Source of the DNA: an uncultured candidate division Zixibacteria bacterium
Lineage (GTDB): Bacteria; Zixibacteria; MSB-5A5; GN15; FEB-12
Direction of reading: 5' to 3'
Assembly (NCBI GenBank): GCA_963806185.1
Contig: CAWDXE010000007.1
Coordinates: 640,001-704,000, forward strand
Length of the DNA: 64,000 nt
Below are positions 1-12,335 of this stretch, one piece after another; the first letter of the stretch is position 1; each line of letters opens with the position of its first letter. The notes under the pieces were generated by a model, which ran no database searches, was not told the origin of the DNA, and worked only from the letters and a program-made list of their open reading frames with translations. The position numbers and the translations under genes were made by a program.

Positions 1-656
1 AATTGATCGCCGAGATACAGGCGCAGATTGATGCCGACGAGAAGATTGGTACGCGCGGCCTGACGGTGGAATGGATCGACTCCGGGGCTACCACAGGGTA
101 CATTCATTTCAGTGATTCCGTGTACGGCAGCCAATCGTCGGTGAAAATTGTGTCAGGTGCCTCGAGTTCAGCATACGCCGCCCTTGGTCTGACCTCGGGT
201 CTGAGCGTTGCCGGAGTTGATGTGGCGGGCACAATCAATGGCGAGACGGCCACCGGCTCGGGGCAGTATCTCACCGGCAAGTCCGGGAACAAGACGACCG
301 ACGGGCTCAAGCTGAAAGTGACTGTCGGCAAGACTCAAGTCAGCCCCGAATCCGAAGGATCCGTGACGGTCACGCAAGGTGTGGCTGCGCGCATCAGCAA
401 AGTAGTCGATTCCCTTTCCAAGACGGGGAATGGCCTTCTTGATCTTCGCATACAGTCATATCAGAAGCAGATTGATCAATTGAAAAATCGGGTAACTGAG
501 TTTGACGCTCTCCTGGCCAAGCGCCGTGAGACGTTGTCGCAAAAGTTCATCGCGATGGAAACGGCTGTCGGCAGCCTCCAGAGCACAGCCAGTTGGCTGA
601 CTTCGCAGATTAGCAGTCTCAATGGAAATTGGAGTTTCAATTCTTCTAAGAATTAG
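1..656 (+). CDS. fliD: Flagellar filament cap protein FliD, C-terminal part (starts before the window)
   Basis: GVDVAGTING...GLKLKVT segment and C-terminal coiled coil (LSQKFIAMETAVGSLQSTASWL) typical of FliD_C; followed by fliS. Confidence 0.9.
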   Translation, partial: LIAEIQAQIDADEKIGTRGLTVEWIDSGATTGYIHFSDSVYGSQSSVKIVSGASSSAYAALGLTSGLSVAGVDVAGTINGETATGSGQYLTGKSGNKTTDGLKLKVTVGKTQVSPESEGSVTVTQGVAARISKVVDSLSKTGNGLLDLRIQSYQKQIDQLKNRVTEFDALLAKRRETLSQKFIAMETAVGSLQSTASWLTSQISSLNGNWSFNSSKN

Positions 657-661
657 GATAC

Positions 662-1087
662 TTGATGAATAAGTCCGCCACCGCATATCGTACCAGCGCC
701 ACACTCGGCAAGTCGCCGATTGATCTCATCCTGACCGTATATGACGGAACCATCAAGGCCTTCGGCGAAGCCGACGCGGCCTATTCTGCGCATGATCTGG
801 CCAGGGGGCGTGAGGCCCTGGAGCAGGCCAAGAAGTGCCTTACCCATTTGTATACCACGCTCGATTTTGATCAGGGTGGCGAGATCGCCGGCAATCTGGC
901 CAAATTGTACGTGTTCCTGCTCAATCAGACCGAACTGGCCTTGGCGACCAAGGACCTGAAGATCATCAGGGACAATGCGCAACTACTCAGGACTGTTCGC
1001 GAAGGATGGTCTGGGGTGAAGCAGCAACAAGCCGGCCAGGCGCCGGCAACAACGACAAAATCACAACCGATCACCGTGTCGGCCTGA
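662..1087 (+). CDS. fliS: Flagellin export chaperone FliS
   Basis: SPIDLILTVYDGTI...LYTTLDFDQGGEIAGNLAKLYVF...VREGW signature; directly after fliD. Alternative ATG at 665. Confidence 0.92.
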   Translation: MMNKSATAYRTSATLGKSPIDLILTVYDGTIKAFGEADAAYSAHDLARGREALEQAKKCLTHLYTTLDFDQGGEIAGNLAKLYVFLLNQTELALATKDLKIIRDNAQLLRTVREGWSGVKQQQAGQAPATTTKSQPITVSA

Positions 1088-1097
1088 AGGTGCAACG

Positions 1098-1550
1098 ATG
1101 ACCAATCCCATTTCCCCAGCTCTGGAACGTGAATTGATTTCTGTCTTGCGCGAGGAATATTCGTTCTACCAATCGCTGTATATCCTGCTCGACAAGCAAC
1201 GAGATCTGCTCAAATACGAGAAAGATGATCATCTTTTGGATGTGTACGCCGAAATCGAACGTTGCCAGTTGCGCATCCAGGAATCAGAGAATCGTGTTGC
1301 GCAGATTCGTCAGAGACATCCGCAGCAATTCGATCTGGCGGCCATGAATCCCGAGATTAAAAAACTCGTGAACAGCATTGTGACTCTGGTCAAAAAGAAT
1401 ATCGACATCATCTCGGAGAATGACGGCGTGGTTCGCGACCGTCACGCAAAGCTGCAACTCGAGCTGAACGAGCTACGCGGTTCGAGCAAAGTGCTGCAGT
1501 ATCTGGCCGTGGAGCATCGAACAGCACAGTTTATTGACGGTAAGCGGTGA
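1098..1550 (+). CDS. FlgN/FliT-like flagellar export chaperone
   Basis: 150 aa helical protein ending in FIDGKR (FlgN-like tail), between fliS and flgM. Confidence 0.6.
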   Translation: MTNPISPALERELISVLREEYSFYQSLYILLDKQRDLLKYEKDDHLLDVYAEIERCQLRIQESENRVAQIRQRHPQQFDLAAMNPEIKKLVNSIVTLVKKNIDIISENDGVVRDRHAKLQLELNELRGSSKVLQYLAVEHRTAQFIDGKR

Positions 1551-1556
1551 CAGGCC

Positions 1557-1584
1557 TAATTAGAAGCGCCGAGTCAGCCGACAA
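1557..1584 (+). promoter_or_regulatory. Putative sigma28 (FliA) promoter
   Basis: TAAT-N16-GCCGACAA versus consensus TAAA-N15-GCCGATAA, just upstream of the flgM-like gene. Confidence 0.6.
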
Positions 1585-1621
1585 GACATATATAGCGAGT
1601 ACACCAACATAGGATAGGTAG

Positions 1622-1942
1622 GTGGAAGAAAGTATGAACATGGGACCCGTTCGTAACCGGTCTCGTTCCTCGGATGAGCCGGACTCAAACCGGCACCGCG
1701 GGCGCCAGGCCGATGTAGTGGGAACTGCGGAAAACGGGGCAAACCAGTCCGGTGATCTTCACGCCCGGCTGGCTGAAATGGCCGATCAAGTCTTGCGCGA
1801 ATCTCCCGACGCCGACACCTCGTCACTGGTGCGAAAGACAAGGTTGAACGAAGTTCGCAGCAAGATCGCCAGCGGCTATTACAGTCGCCCCGAGCTGAAG
1901 CAGGCCATTGCCGAGAAATTGTTTGACTCACTGGACCTTTGA
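1622..1942 (+). CDS. flgM: Anti-sigma28 factor FlgM-like protein
   Basis: C-terminal RKTRLNEVRSKIASGYY...QAIAEKL matches FlgM; disordered N-terminus; flagellar context. Start may be ATG 1634. Confidence 0.75.
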   Translation: MEESMNMGPVRNRSRSSDEPDSNRHRGRQADVVGTAENGANQSGDLHARLAEMADQVLRESPDADTSSLVRKTRLNEVRSKIASGYYSRPELKQAIAEKLFDSLDL

Positions 1943-1966
1943 GGACGAACCCATTCGGACTGTGAT

Positions 1967-2848
1967 ATGACAACAGTAACCGTCGACAACAAGGTGAAGC
2001 AGGTCATTTCCAATATTCGGAACCTGCCGACGCCGCCGATCGTATTTCACCAGATCCAGAAGGTTATCAAAGACCCGAAAGTTAACGCCGGTCACATCGC
2101 GGCCATTCTGGCTGAGGACCCGGCCATGTCGGTCAAGGTGCTCAAGCTGACCAACTCTGCATTTTACGGACTTTCACGCGAGGTTGAATCGGTCAAGCAG
2201 GCAGTCGTCATCGTCGGCCTTGAGGCGATCAAGAATCTCGTCCTTTCAGCGTCGGTGCTGGATATGTTCAAGGGCAAAGTGGATCCTGAATTTCAGGAGA
2301 AATACTGGCGTCATTCCCTGGCGGTGGCCTTCTGTAGTCGCCTGCTGGCCAACAAGTGCAAGGCGAAAGGGATTGTTGACCCGGACTCGGCCTTCTCGGG
2401 TGGACTGCTGCACGACATCGGCAAAGTTGTGATTGGTTGCTTCATGCCGGAGGAGTTTAAGAAATACGCCGCCGCCCGGGTTGAAGACAAGGAATCGATG
2501 AGCCACAAGCTTGAAGAGCGTGTGCTTGGTTATGACCACGCACAGGTCGGAGCCGGGTTGGCTGTTCACTGGAAATTGCCGCACACGGTGGTCGATGCCG
2601 TCACGTACCATCACTACCCCGAAGCTTGTGCGGAGGGTGATCCGATTGTTCACATCGTTCACGTTGCCAATTACATTGCCAAGAAGACCTTCTACGAGCC
2701 GGAAGAAGCTCATTTGATCGGCAAAGTTCACCCGTCGTCACTTGAAGAGCTGGGCCAGTCGATCGAGCACCTTGATCATTTTGGCGATCTCCTGCGAGAA
2801 GAGTACGTCAAGGCCGAGACCTTTATGCAACTGGCCGGTCTGCACTGA
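1967..2848 (+). CDS. HDOD domain signalling protein
   Basis: [45 protein letters not shown] and YHHYP motifs. Confidence 0.92.
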   Translation: MTTVTVDNKVKQVISNIRNLPTPPIVFHQIQKVIKDPKVNAGHIAAILAEDPAMSVKVLKLTNSAFYGLSREVESVKQAVVIVGLEAIKNLVLSASVLDMFKGKVDPEFQEKYWRHSLAVAFCSRLLANKCKAKGIVDPDSAFSGGLLHDIGKVVIGCFMPEEFKKYAAARVEDKESMSHKLEERVLGYDHAQVGAGLAVHWKLPHTVVDAVTYHHYPEACAEGDPIVHIVHVANYIAKKTFYEPEEAHLIGKVHPSSLEELGQSIEHLDHFGDLLREEYVKAETFMQLAGLH

Positions 2849-2921
2849 CGCGAGCTTCCGACGATCCGTTAACTCATTCACCGGCAAGGGGATTAGTCCT
2901 CTGTTCGCCGGAAAATACCTA

Positions 2922-2950
2922 TTGACAAGCACCAGCTCGAAGTATATACT
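2922..2950 (+). promoter_or_regulatory. Sigma70 promoter for tRNA-Val/thrS operon
   Basis: TTGACA-17 bp-TATACT, near consensus. Confidence 0.8.
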
Positions 2951-2996
2951 TTGGGCTACCCTGCGCTTCCAAAAGATGCGTAAGCTGTGTGATTTT

Positions 2997-3070
2997 GGGC
3001 GATTAGCTCAGATGGTTAGAGTACTTGCTTGACATGCAAGGGGTCAGTGGTTCAATTCCAGTATCGCCCA
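2997..3070 (+). tRNA. tRNA-Val(GAC)
   Basis: Acceptor GGGCGAT/ATCGCCC, D arm TAGCTCAGATGGTTAGAG, anticodon arm CTTGC-TTGACAT-GCAAG, T loop TTCAATT; CCA not encoded. Confidence 0.95.
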
Positions 3071-3080
3071 TATTTGATGT

Positions 3081-3130
3081 GCGGGATGCCTTCTGACGCC
3101 AGCGTGGACCGGCACCCCGCGTTTATTATT
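3081..3130 (+). terminator. Hairpin plus T-rich tract between tRNA-Val and thrS
   Basis: GCGGGATGCC/GGCACCCCGC (9 of 10 pairs), 20-nt loop, then GTTTATTATT. Confidence 0.4.
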
Positions 3131-3152
3131 AGTTGGCGAAGTTGTAGTGACG

Positions 3153-5097
3153 ATGGCACAAGTACAGATAAAATTCCCCGATGGCTCGACTCGCGACTAT
3201 GCACCCGGTACCACTGGGCGGCAAATCGCCGAATCGATATCGCCACGTCTGGCCAAGGAGGCTATTGCGGTCAAGGTTGATGGCGTGGTGCGCGATTTGA
3301 ACTATCCCATCCCGGAAGATGCGCCAGTCGAGATTCTGACTTTCGATAAACCGGAAGGCCGTCAGGTTTTCTGGCACTCGAGTTCACATATTATGGCTCA
3401 GGCGGTGCAGGAGCTGTTTCCCGGAGTCAAACTGGCTATCGGACCGCCGATCGATGAGGGGTGGTACTACGATTTCGAGGTCGACAAACCGTTTTCGCCC
3501 GAGGATCTGGCCAAGATAGAGAAGCGCATGGCCGAGATTGTCGCTGAGGATGCGCCATTCCGCTGTGAAGTGAAGAAACGCGCCGAAGCGATCAACTACT
3601 ATCAGGGAGAAGAGCGCGAACTACAAGGTCGAGATTCTGGAGGCTCTGCCTCCGGAGACCGAAACGGTGACGTTTTATTATCAGTCCGGTTTCGAGGATC
3701 TGTGCCGCGGCCCGCATATTCCGCGGACCGGAATTGTCAAGGCGTTCAAGCTGACCGCCACCTCCGGCGCATACTGGCGCGGCGATGAGAAGCGTCAGAT
3801 GCTGCAGCGCATTTACGGGGTTTCGTTTCCGAAGAAGGCAATGCTCGACGAGTATCTCGTCCGTATGGAGGAGGCCAAGAAGCGCGACCATCGGGTGCTG
3901 GGCAAGCAGCTGGAATTATTCCACACCAGCGAAGAGGTCGGGGCGGGGCTGATTCTCTGGCTGCCGAAAGGAGCGCGGGTCCGTCACGAGATGGAGAATT
4001 TCTGGCGGCAGGAGCATCTTGACTACGGTTACGAAATCGTCTATTCGCCTCACATCGCCAATCGCGAATTGTGGAATCGCTCCGGCCACACCGATTTTTA
4101 CGCCGAGAGCATGTTCGGCCCGATGGAGGTTGAAGAACGGCTCTTCCAGCTCAAGCCGATGAACTGCCCGTTCCATATCGCCATGTACAACGCGCGGATG
4201 TGGTCGTATCGTGATTTACCGCTGCGCTGGGCGGAACTGGGAACAGTGTATCGGTTTGAGCGAGCCGGGACATTGCACGGCCTCATGCGCGTGCGCGGCT
4301 TCACTCAGGACGATGCCCATCATTTTGTGGCCCAGGACCAGATGGAAGACGAACTGGTCTGGCTGCTCAACTTCTGCCTGCATATCCTGCGGTCGTTTGG
4401 ATTTTCGAATTTCGACGTGTACTTGTCGACCCGCCCGCAGAAAGCGATCGGGGATCCGGCCGACTGGGTACGGGCGGAGAACGGCCTCCGCAAGGCGCTG
4501 GAGACGACTAAGTTGACGTATCAGGTTGATGAAGGCGGCGGCGCGTTTTACGGCCCCAAGATAGACATCAAGATTACTGACGCCATCGGGCGAGCCTGGC
4601 AGTGTTCGACCATTCAGTTCGATTTCAATTTGCCGGAACGGTTTGATTTGAAGTATGTTGATCGGGATGGCCAGCACAAACGGCCGTATATGATTCACCG
4701 GGCGCTGCTCGGGTCGATCGAGCGGTTCTTCGGCGTGCTGATCGAGCATTATGCCGGCAATTTCCCGCTCTGGCTGGCGCCGGTGCAGATAAAGCTGTTG
4801 CCGATTACGGATGACGCCAACGCGTATGCACGCCAGGTAGTGGACGAACTGAAGAAGCAGGGGATTCGGGCGGTGCTGGATGATCGCTCGGAGAAGATCG
4901 GCGCCAAGATCCGCGACGCAGAGATGTTGAAGGTGCCATATATGGGGATAGTGGGAGCACGAGAGGCGCAAGGTGGCGCGGTCGCGCTTCGCAAACATAG
5001 TGTTGGGGACCTCGGCGCAAGACCGATAGCCGAAGTGGTCGCCCTGTTGAAAGAAGAGATCGCCTCCAAGGGATTGGCGGCGGCGGACAAACGGTAA
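3153..5097 (+). CDS. thrS: Threonine--tRNA ligase (apparent 1-nt insertion near 3605, probably sequencing error)
   Basis: TGS domain and HSSSHIMAQA in ORF 3147..3788; DLCRGPH, KPMNCP, RVRGFTQDDAH, GAFYGPKID, IHRALLGSIERF in 3667..5097. Removing one G from CAGGGAG joins the frames. Confidence 0.95.
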
Positions 5098-5116
5098 TTG
5101 TACCGAGGAGGCTTGC

Positions 5117-5740
5117 ATCAGCACCAAAGATGTGCGGATTAATCACCGCATTCGCGTCTCTCCGATTCGCCTGATTGGACCGGACGGAGAACAGATTGGC
5201 ATTTTGCCGACCGGGGAAGCGCTCGACCGGGCGCGAGAATTGGCGCTCGATCTGGTGGAAATTTCACCCACCGCTCGGCCGCCGGTCTGCCGCATCATGG
5301 ATTTTGGAAAGTACAAGTACGAGCTTTCCAAAAAAGACAAGATCGCCAAGAAGAAACAGCACACCTTCCAGGTGAAGGAGATGCGCTATCGGCCGAAGAT
5401 CGACGATCATGACTTCAACTTCAAGACGAAGCATGTTCGTGAGTTCCTTCAGGAAGGGAGCAAGGTGCGCGTCTATGTGATGTTTCGTGGTCGCGAAATG
5501 GCCCACATCGATTTCGGACGCAAGGTGATCGATCAGGTGCTCAAGGATTTGTCCGACATAGCCATTGTCGAATCGGCGCCGAACATGGAAGGGCACAATA
5601 TGAATGCCATCCTGGCGCCGCGACCGGATATCCTGAAAAAGCTGCACGCGCAGAAGGTGAGCCACGCGGCCAAAGAGGCCCCCAAAGAAAGGCCACACGA
5701 GGCACAGGACGAGCCGGCTGACCAGAATTTGAGTGAGTGA
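5117..5740 (+). CDS. infC: Translation initiation factor IF-3 (probable ATC start)
   Basis: RINHRIR...LDLVEISPTARPPVCRIMDFGKYKY, KEMRYRPKIDDHD, MFRGRE; SD GAGGAGG lies 5 nt before an in-frame ATC at 5117. Confidence 0.95.
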   Translation: MSTKDVRINHRIRVSPIRLIGPDGEQIGILPTGEALDRARELALDLVEISPTARPPVCRIMDFGKYKYELSKKDKIAKKKQHTFQVKEMRYRPKIDDHDFNFKTKHVREFLQEGSKVRVYVMFRGREMAHIDFGRKVIDQVLKDLSDIAIVESAPNMEGHNMNAILAPRPDILKKLHAQKVSHAAKEAPKERPHEAQDEPADQNLSE

Positions 5741-5775
5741 ACAAGTAAGTAACCATACAATCAGCAGGTAAACCG

Positions 5776-5970
5776 ATGCCGAAGATGAAGTCCAAGAAGA
5801 GCGCCACCAAGCGGTTCAAAAAAACCGCCACGGGTAAGATCAAACGGCGCCATGCGTTCAAAACGCACATATTGAGCAAGATGACGCCGAAGCGAATCCG
5901 CCAGTTGCGGAAGGCCACTATGGTCTCCAAGGCCGATGAGAAGAACGTGAAGCGCATGCTGCAAGACTGA
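5776..5970 (+). CDS. rpmI: 50S ribosomal protein L35
   Basis: [24 protein letters not shown]...HIL; position between infC and rplT. Confidence 0.97.
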   Translation: MPKMKSKKSATKRFKKTATGKIKRRHAFKTHILSKMTPKRIRQLRKATMVSKADEKNVKRMLQD

Positions 5971-5999
5971 CGAAAACGATTTGATGCAGGAGTAGAGAA

Positions 6000-6350
6000 A
6001 TGCCACGCGCAAAAAATAACGTCGCCGCGCACCGTCGACACAAGAAAGTCCTCGACCGCGCCAAGGGCGGCTTCGGCGGCCGGAGCAAACTGTACCGGAC
6101 TGCCATAGAAACCGTTCATCGCGGTTTGCGATACGGTTTCGCGGATCGGCGTCGCAAAAAACGCGAATTCCGCAGTCTGTGGATTGCCCGTATTTCGGCC
6201 GCGGCCGCCGAATGCGGCACCAATTACTCGACTTTGATCTACGGATTGAAGAAGGCCGGAGTGACGCTTGATCGCAAGATGCTCGCCGATATCGCCGCCC
6301 GCGATATGGCGACCTTCTCGAATCTCGCCGGGCTTGCCGCCGGCAAGTAG
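6000..6350 (+). CDS. rplT: 50S ribosomal protein L20
   Basis: MPRAK...[20 protein letters not shown]...[10 protein letters not shown]. Confidence 0.97.
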   Translation: MPRAKNNVAAHRRHKKVLDRAKGGFGGRSKLYRTAIETVHRGLRYGFADRRRKKREFRSLWIARISAAAAECGTNYSTLIYGLKKAGVTLDRKMLADIAARDMATFSNLAGLAAGK

Positions 6351-6361
6351 TTCGGTGATGT

Positions 6362-7374
6362 ATGTCACTGCTCGACGAGGTTACTCGCTTGGAATCTGAA
6401 GCACTCGAGCGAATCCAGAAAGCGGATTCGCTCGGGTCGCTGAAAGACCTTGAAGTCTACTACCTTGGCCGCAAGGGACCGCTTTCGACGGTTCTCAAAT
6501 CGCTCGGCCAGCTTTCCCTTGAAGAGAAGAAATCGGTCGGCGCCAAGGCCAACCAGGTGCGGATGCATCTCGAGGAAACCTTCGTCCAGGCGGGGTCCCG
6601 CTTCGAACAACCGTCCGAGAAGGAGCTGTTCGATCCCACTCTTCCAGGCACCGGCCAAAGAGCCGGGGCGATGCATGTCACGAACCGGGTGATGGAAGAT
6701 ATCTGTCGTACCTTCTACGGCATGGGGTTTGAGATTGCCCGTGGTCCGCATGTCGAGACCGATTACTACAATTTCGAGTCGTTGAATTTCCCCCCGATCA
6801 TCCAGCCCGCGATATGCAGGATACCTTCTTCGTGGAAGGCGGCCGGCTGCTTCGTACCCACACCACGCCGGTTCAGCCGCGCGAGCTGGAGAAGCGAAAG
6901 CCGCCGGTGAAGATCATTACGCCCGGCAAGACGTTTCGAAACGAAGAAATCACGACCCGCTCCCACGTTTCGTTCCATCAGGTCGACGGGTTCCTGGTCG
7001 ATGAGAGAATTACCATGGCCGACATGAAGGGGAGCATCACCGCCTTCTGTCGCTCGTTCTACGGGGAGAACTTGAAATTGCGCTGGCGGCCGTCGTACTT
7101 TCCATTTACGGAACCATCGGCCGAGGTCGACATTTCCTGCTTCCTTTGCCAGGGGAAGGGGTGTCAGCTCTGCAAGCATGCCGGCTGGCTGGAGATTCTC
7201 GGCTGTGGCATGATTCATCCCAACGTACTGGAAAAGGCCGGGTGGGATTCGGAGAAGTACTCCGGCTACGCTTTTGGCATGGGGGTCGAACGAGTGGCAA
7301 TGCTCAAGTATCGCATGAATGACATTCGCCTGCTGTTTAACAACAACGTGCGCTTCCTGCGGCAGTTTGTCTGA
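6362..7374 (+). CDS. pheS: Phenylalanine--tRNA ligase alpha subunit (1-nt deletion near 6793, probably sequencing error)
   Basis: YLGRKG and NFESLNFP, then (D)[10 protein letters not shown] in the next frame; [30 protein letters not shown]. The break lies in a C run. Confidence 0.95.
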
Positions 7375-9755
7375 TGAAAGTATCGTATCTCTGGCTCAGA
7401 GAACTTACCGGCATCGAATGGTCGCCTGACGAGATGGCCAAGCGGATGGTCGCCTGTGGGCTCAACTGCGAGTCTGTTGAATCGACCGCCGTCCACATGA
7501 AGAACGTCGTAGTCGGGCACGTGAAGACCGTTGATCCGGTCGAAGGCGCCTCCAAGATTCGCAAGACGACTGTTGACGTTGGCACCGAAGTCCTTCAGGT
7601 GATTTGCGGAGCGCCGAACGTGGCGGTCGGACAGAAGGTCCCCGTCGCGCTGGTTGGAGCGACCGTCGCCGGCGGACTGGAAATAAAGAAGGCTAAGATT
7701 CGCGGCGTCGAATCCAGCGGCATGATCTGTGCCGAGGATGAACTCGGCATATCCGGCGATCATGGCGGCATCATGGTACTTGATTCATCCGCCGTCATCG
7801 GGCGACCGCTCGTCGATGAACTCGATTTTGACGATTACATTCTGGACGTCGAACTGACGCCCAATCGTGGCGACGCCTGGTCGGCGATCGGCATGGCCCG
7901 CGACCTGGCCGCCGTTGCGGGCGTGAAAGTGCGGCGACCGTCGGTGGAATTGAAGACGTCGAGGGAAAAAGCCTCGTCTCGCATCAGGGTGTCGATAGAC
8001 GACCCTGCTGCCTGTCCTCGCTTCACGGCTCGCGTGATCACAGGAGTAAAAATCGGGCCGTCGCCATGGTGGCTTCGCCGGAGATTGCTCGCTTGCGGTG
8101 TACGGCCCATTTCCAATGTCGTCGATATCACGAATTTTGTCATGCTTGAATGCGGAAATCCGCTTCACGCCTTCGATTTTGACCGTTTCGGCTCCGATCA
8201 TCTGGTAGTTCGTCGCGCCAAGGACAAAGAAAAGCTGACTACGCTTGACGGCAAAGAGCATACGCTGTCACCAGTGGTACTGCTCATCACGAATGCCAAA
8301 GAAGCGTTGGGAGCAGCCGGTGTGATGGGGGGCGCGTCGTCCGAGGTATCCGATTCGACCACAACCGTGTTGCTCGAGGTCGCCTACTTTGACCCGAAAG
8401 TCATCCGTCGAGGTCGCAAGATGATGGACAAGCAGACTGATGCCTCCAACCGGTTTGAACGCGGAGTTGACCCCAACGGACTGGACTACGCATCAAGCCG
8501 CGCGGCGGCGCTTATGTGTGATCTGGCCGGGGGAACGGTTCTTGATGGTCTGGTTGACAACTACCCCACGCGCATCGAGCCGCGCACGGTAATCCTCCGT
8601 CCGGAACGGTGCGATGCGATCCTCGGGGTGAAGAAACCGGTGGCGCGGATGAGAGAGATACTAACCGGGCTTGAATTCACAGTCGAGGGTAATGGCCCGT
8701 TGAAAGTCACCGCCCCGACGTTTCGTCATGACATCGAGAAAGAAATCGATCTCATCGAGGAAATCGCCCGGATCGACGGCTACGACACGATTCCCGGATC
8801 GGTGCACAACACAGGGCCGTTGTTTACTCCGGAGCATCGCGAAGACCTGTTCGAGCATACCGTTCGTCGCCTCATGACCGGCGCCGGTTTCGATGAGATT
8901 CTCGGCCACGGTCTGGCACACAGCAGGCAAGCGACGCTCCTCTATCCGGACCTTCCGCAGCTCAGGGTTCTCAACCCGGTGGCGGAGGATTTGGATATCA
9001 TGCGTAACACGCTGCTGCTGACGTCGCTTGAAGCAGTGGGCCACAATATCTCGCATCGCAATGTGGATTTGCGTCTGTTCGAAATTGGCCGCGCCTATTT
9101 TCCGCCGGTAGACGACGAATTCCGTGAAGATTCGCGCCTTTCGTTGGCGGTGACAGGCAACACGCCGGGCAACTGGCGTGACAAGCCCCGGCCACAGGAT
9201 TTTTATGATCTGACTGGTGCACTGGAGATTCTCGCTAGCCATTATCACTGGCCAAACCTCGAATTCGTGTCATCTGACCATTCCATCTGGGACAAGGGCA
9301 CCGCGTATCGGATCACGGCCGGCGGCAAAGAAATCGGGGTTATCGGCCGACTTCAGTCCGAACTTGGTCGCAAGTTTGACATTAAGCAACCCGTCTATCT
9401 TGCTGAACTACAATTGGATACATTGATGACGATGTGCCGCGAGGGAACTACCTTCCAACCCCTCCCGGTATTTCCGGCGGCCCCGCGCGACCTGGCTCTG
9501 ATAGTTGATCAGTCGGTACGGGTGCAGGAAATCATCTCCACAGTACAGGCGGAGGCGGGCAATCTGGCCGAGGCCGTTCGGGTCTTTGATCTGTACATTG
9601 GCAAACCGATTCCGGCCGGTAAGAAGTCAGTAGGCATTGCCATTACGTACCGGGCGGCGGATAGGTCGCTTTCGGGGGAAGAGGTTGATGCGGTGCAGCA
9701 GAAAGTGGTGGGCAAGCTCAAAGAGAGATATAGTGCGGAACTGAGGGAGGCGTAA
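7374..9755 (+). CDS. pheT: Phenylalanine--tRNA ligase beta subunit
   Basis: ICGAPNV, IRGVESSGMIC, LTPNRGD, SNRFERGVD, DLIEEIARIDGY; C-terminal FDX-ACB domain. Confidence 0.97.
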   Translation: MKVSYLWLRELTGIEWSPDEMAKRMVACGLNCESVESTAVHMKNVVVGHVKTVDPVEGASKIRKTTVDVGTEVLQVICGAPNVAVGQKVPVALVGATVAGGLEIKKAKIRGVESSGMICAEDELGISGDHGGIMVLDSSAVIGRPLVDELDFDDYILDVELTPNRGDAWSAIGMARDLAAVAGVKVRRPSVELKTSREKASSRIRVSIDDPAACPRFTARVITGVKIGPSPWWLRRRLLACGVRPISNVVDITNFVMLECGNPLHAFDFDRFGSDHLVVRRAKDKEKLTTLDGKEHTLSPVVLLITNAKEALGAAGVMGGASSEVSDSTTTVLLEVAYFDPKVIRRGRKMMDKQTDASNRFERGVDPNGLDYASSRAAALMCDLAGGTVLDGLVDNYPTRIEPRTVILRPERCDAILGVKKPVARMREILTGLEFTVEGNGPLKVTAPTFRHDIEKEIDLIEEIARIDGYDTIPGSVHNTGPLFTPEHREDLFEHTVRRLMTGAGFDEILGHGLAHSRQATLLYPDLPQLRVLNPVAEDLDIMRNTLLLTSLEAVGHNISHRNVDLRLFEIGRAYFPPVDDEFREDSRLSLAVTGNTPGNWRDKPRPQDFYDLTGALEILASHYHWPNLEFVSSDHSIWDKGTAYRITAGGKEIGVIGRLQSELGRKFDIKQPVYLAELQLDTLMTMCREGTTFQPLPVFPAAPRDLALIVDQSVRVQEIISTVQAEAGNLAEAVRVFDLYIGKPIPAGKKSVGIAITYRAADRSLSGEEVDAVQQKVVGKLKERYSAELREA

Positions 9756-9997
9756 TGTCCGATCGCTTTGACGAGTTGGAGGCCAAGATCAGCAAGATGA
9801 TCGAAATGATTGGCGAACTGCGCCAGGAGAACCGGCGTACGAAGGACGAAAACAAGACGCTGCGGGCCGAGCTCGACGGCGCCCGGCAGCAGGTCGAACA
9901 ACTGAAGTTGCGGCAGAACGACCAGACCGAGACGGTCAAGACCAAGCTGTCGTCGATTCTGGAGCGGATCGAGGAACTGGAGCGGATGGGTTCCTAA
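9755..9997 (+). CDS. zapB: ZapB-like coiled-coil cell division protein
   Basis: 80 aa pure coiled coil in the conserved pheT-zapB-zapA-rny order. Confidence 0.65.
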   Translation: MSDRFDELEAKISKMIEMIGELRQENRRTKDENKTLRAELDGARQQVEQLKLRQNDQTETVKTKLSSILERIEELERMGS

Positions 9998-10097
9998 CAT
10001 TCCCCTTGACGAAATCTTTAGAATACCCGTTCTTTTTCCGTAATAGTTAGTGGGTTAAGGAAATACAGCCGAATCGGGATATAGATCTATACCTGAC

Positions 10098-10406
10098 ATG
10101 TCTGTGCAGCACGAAGAAAACAAGGTTGTCGTCGAAATACTGGGGGAGACCTATCCGGTAACCTCAGATGTCGACCCGGCACACATCGAACGGGTAGCTA
10201 AAATGGTTGACCAGCGGATGCAGGAGATGGCTTTCTCGAGCCGTTCCAAAGCCCGCGATCGCATCGCCATTCTTACCGCTCTTTCGTTTGCATCCGAGTT
10301 ATTGGATAAATCCGGTAATCTTGACCAGATCGAACAGGTTTCAGCTGATCGTCTGGACTCCATGCTCACGCGTCTTGAGGATGCTCTCGGTGGCAATGCC
10401 CACTGA
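10098..10406 (+). CDS. zapA: Cell division protein ZapA
   Basis: VVVEILGETYPV...VAKMVDQRM...IAILTALSFASEL. Confidence 0.88.
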   Translation: MSVQHEENKVVVEILGETYPVTSDVDPAHIERVAKMVDQRMQEMAFSSRSKARDRIAILTALSFASELLDKSGNLDQIEQVSADRLDSMLTRLEDALGGNAH

Positions 10407-10507
10407 GAGGACCGCACGGCGTCATTCGTCTGTTTTCTTCCCGACCCCAATTTAACCATACACTGCGGAACGCTCGGTGAGCTGTACTTACCGGGTGGGA
10501 GGAACCG

Positions 10508-12073
<1,566 letters not shown>

Positions 12074-12097
12074 ATAGTTCTTTGACGGATCTTCTAC

Positions 12098-12129
12098 AAG
12101 CCCCGCCGTCCGGCGGGGCTTTCTTCTTT
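12098..12129 (+). terminator. Rho-independent terminator after rny
   Basis: AAGCCCCGCC-GTCC-GGCGGGGCTT followed by TCTTCTTT. Confidence 0.85.
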
Positions 12130-12335
12130 GGGGCAATGTCGTTCCGATGTTCGGCCGCCCAACGTCGTCATTACACCTGTATGACTTTACCCGAGCGGTG
12201 AAACGGCGAGATATGTGCGGTGTCCGCAAAAAGGGGAAGAAAATAGTTGACATAAAGAGGCATTATTACATCTTAGTGATATAGGTGTATGATTTGTCTA
12301 ATGGCGTTCAAAGCAATCCGCTATGGGGTACCACC

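Noticed and set aside
10407..10507. 6S RNA, often found downstream of zapA
   Set aside because: The gap is only about 100 nt, too short for the ~180 nt 6S rod, and no such structure was seen
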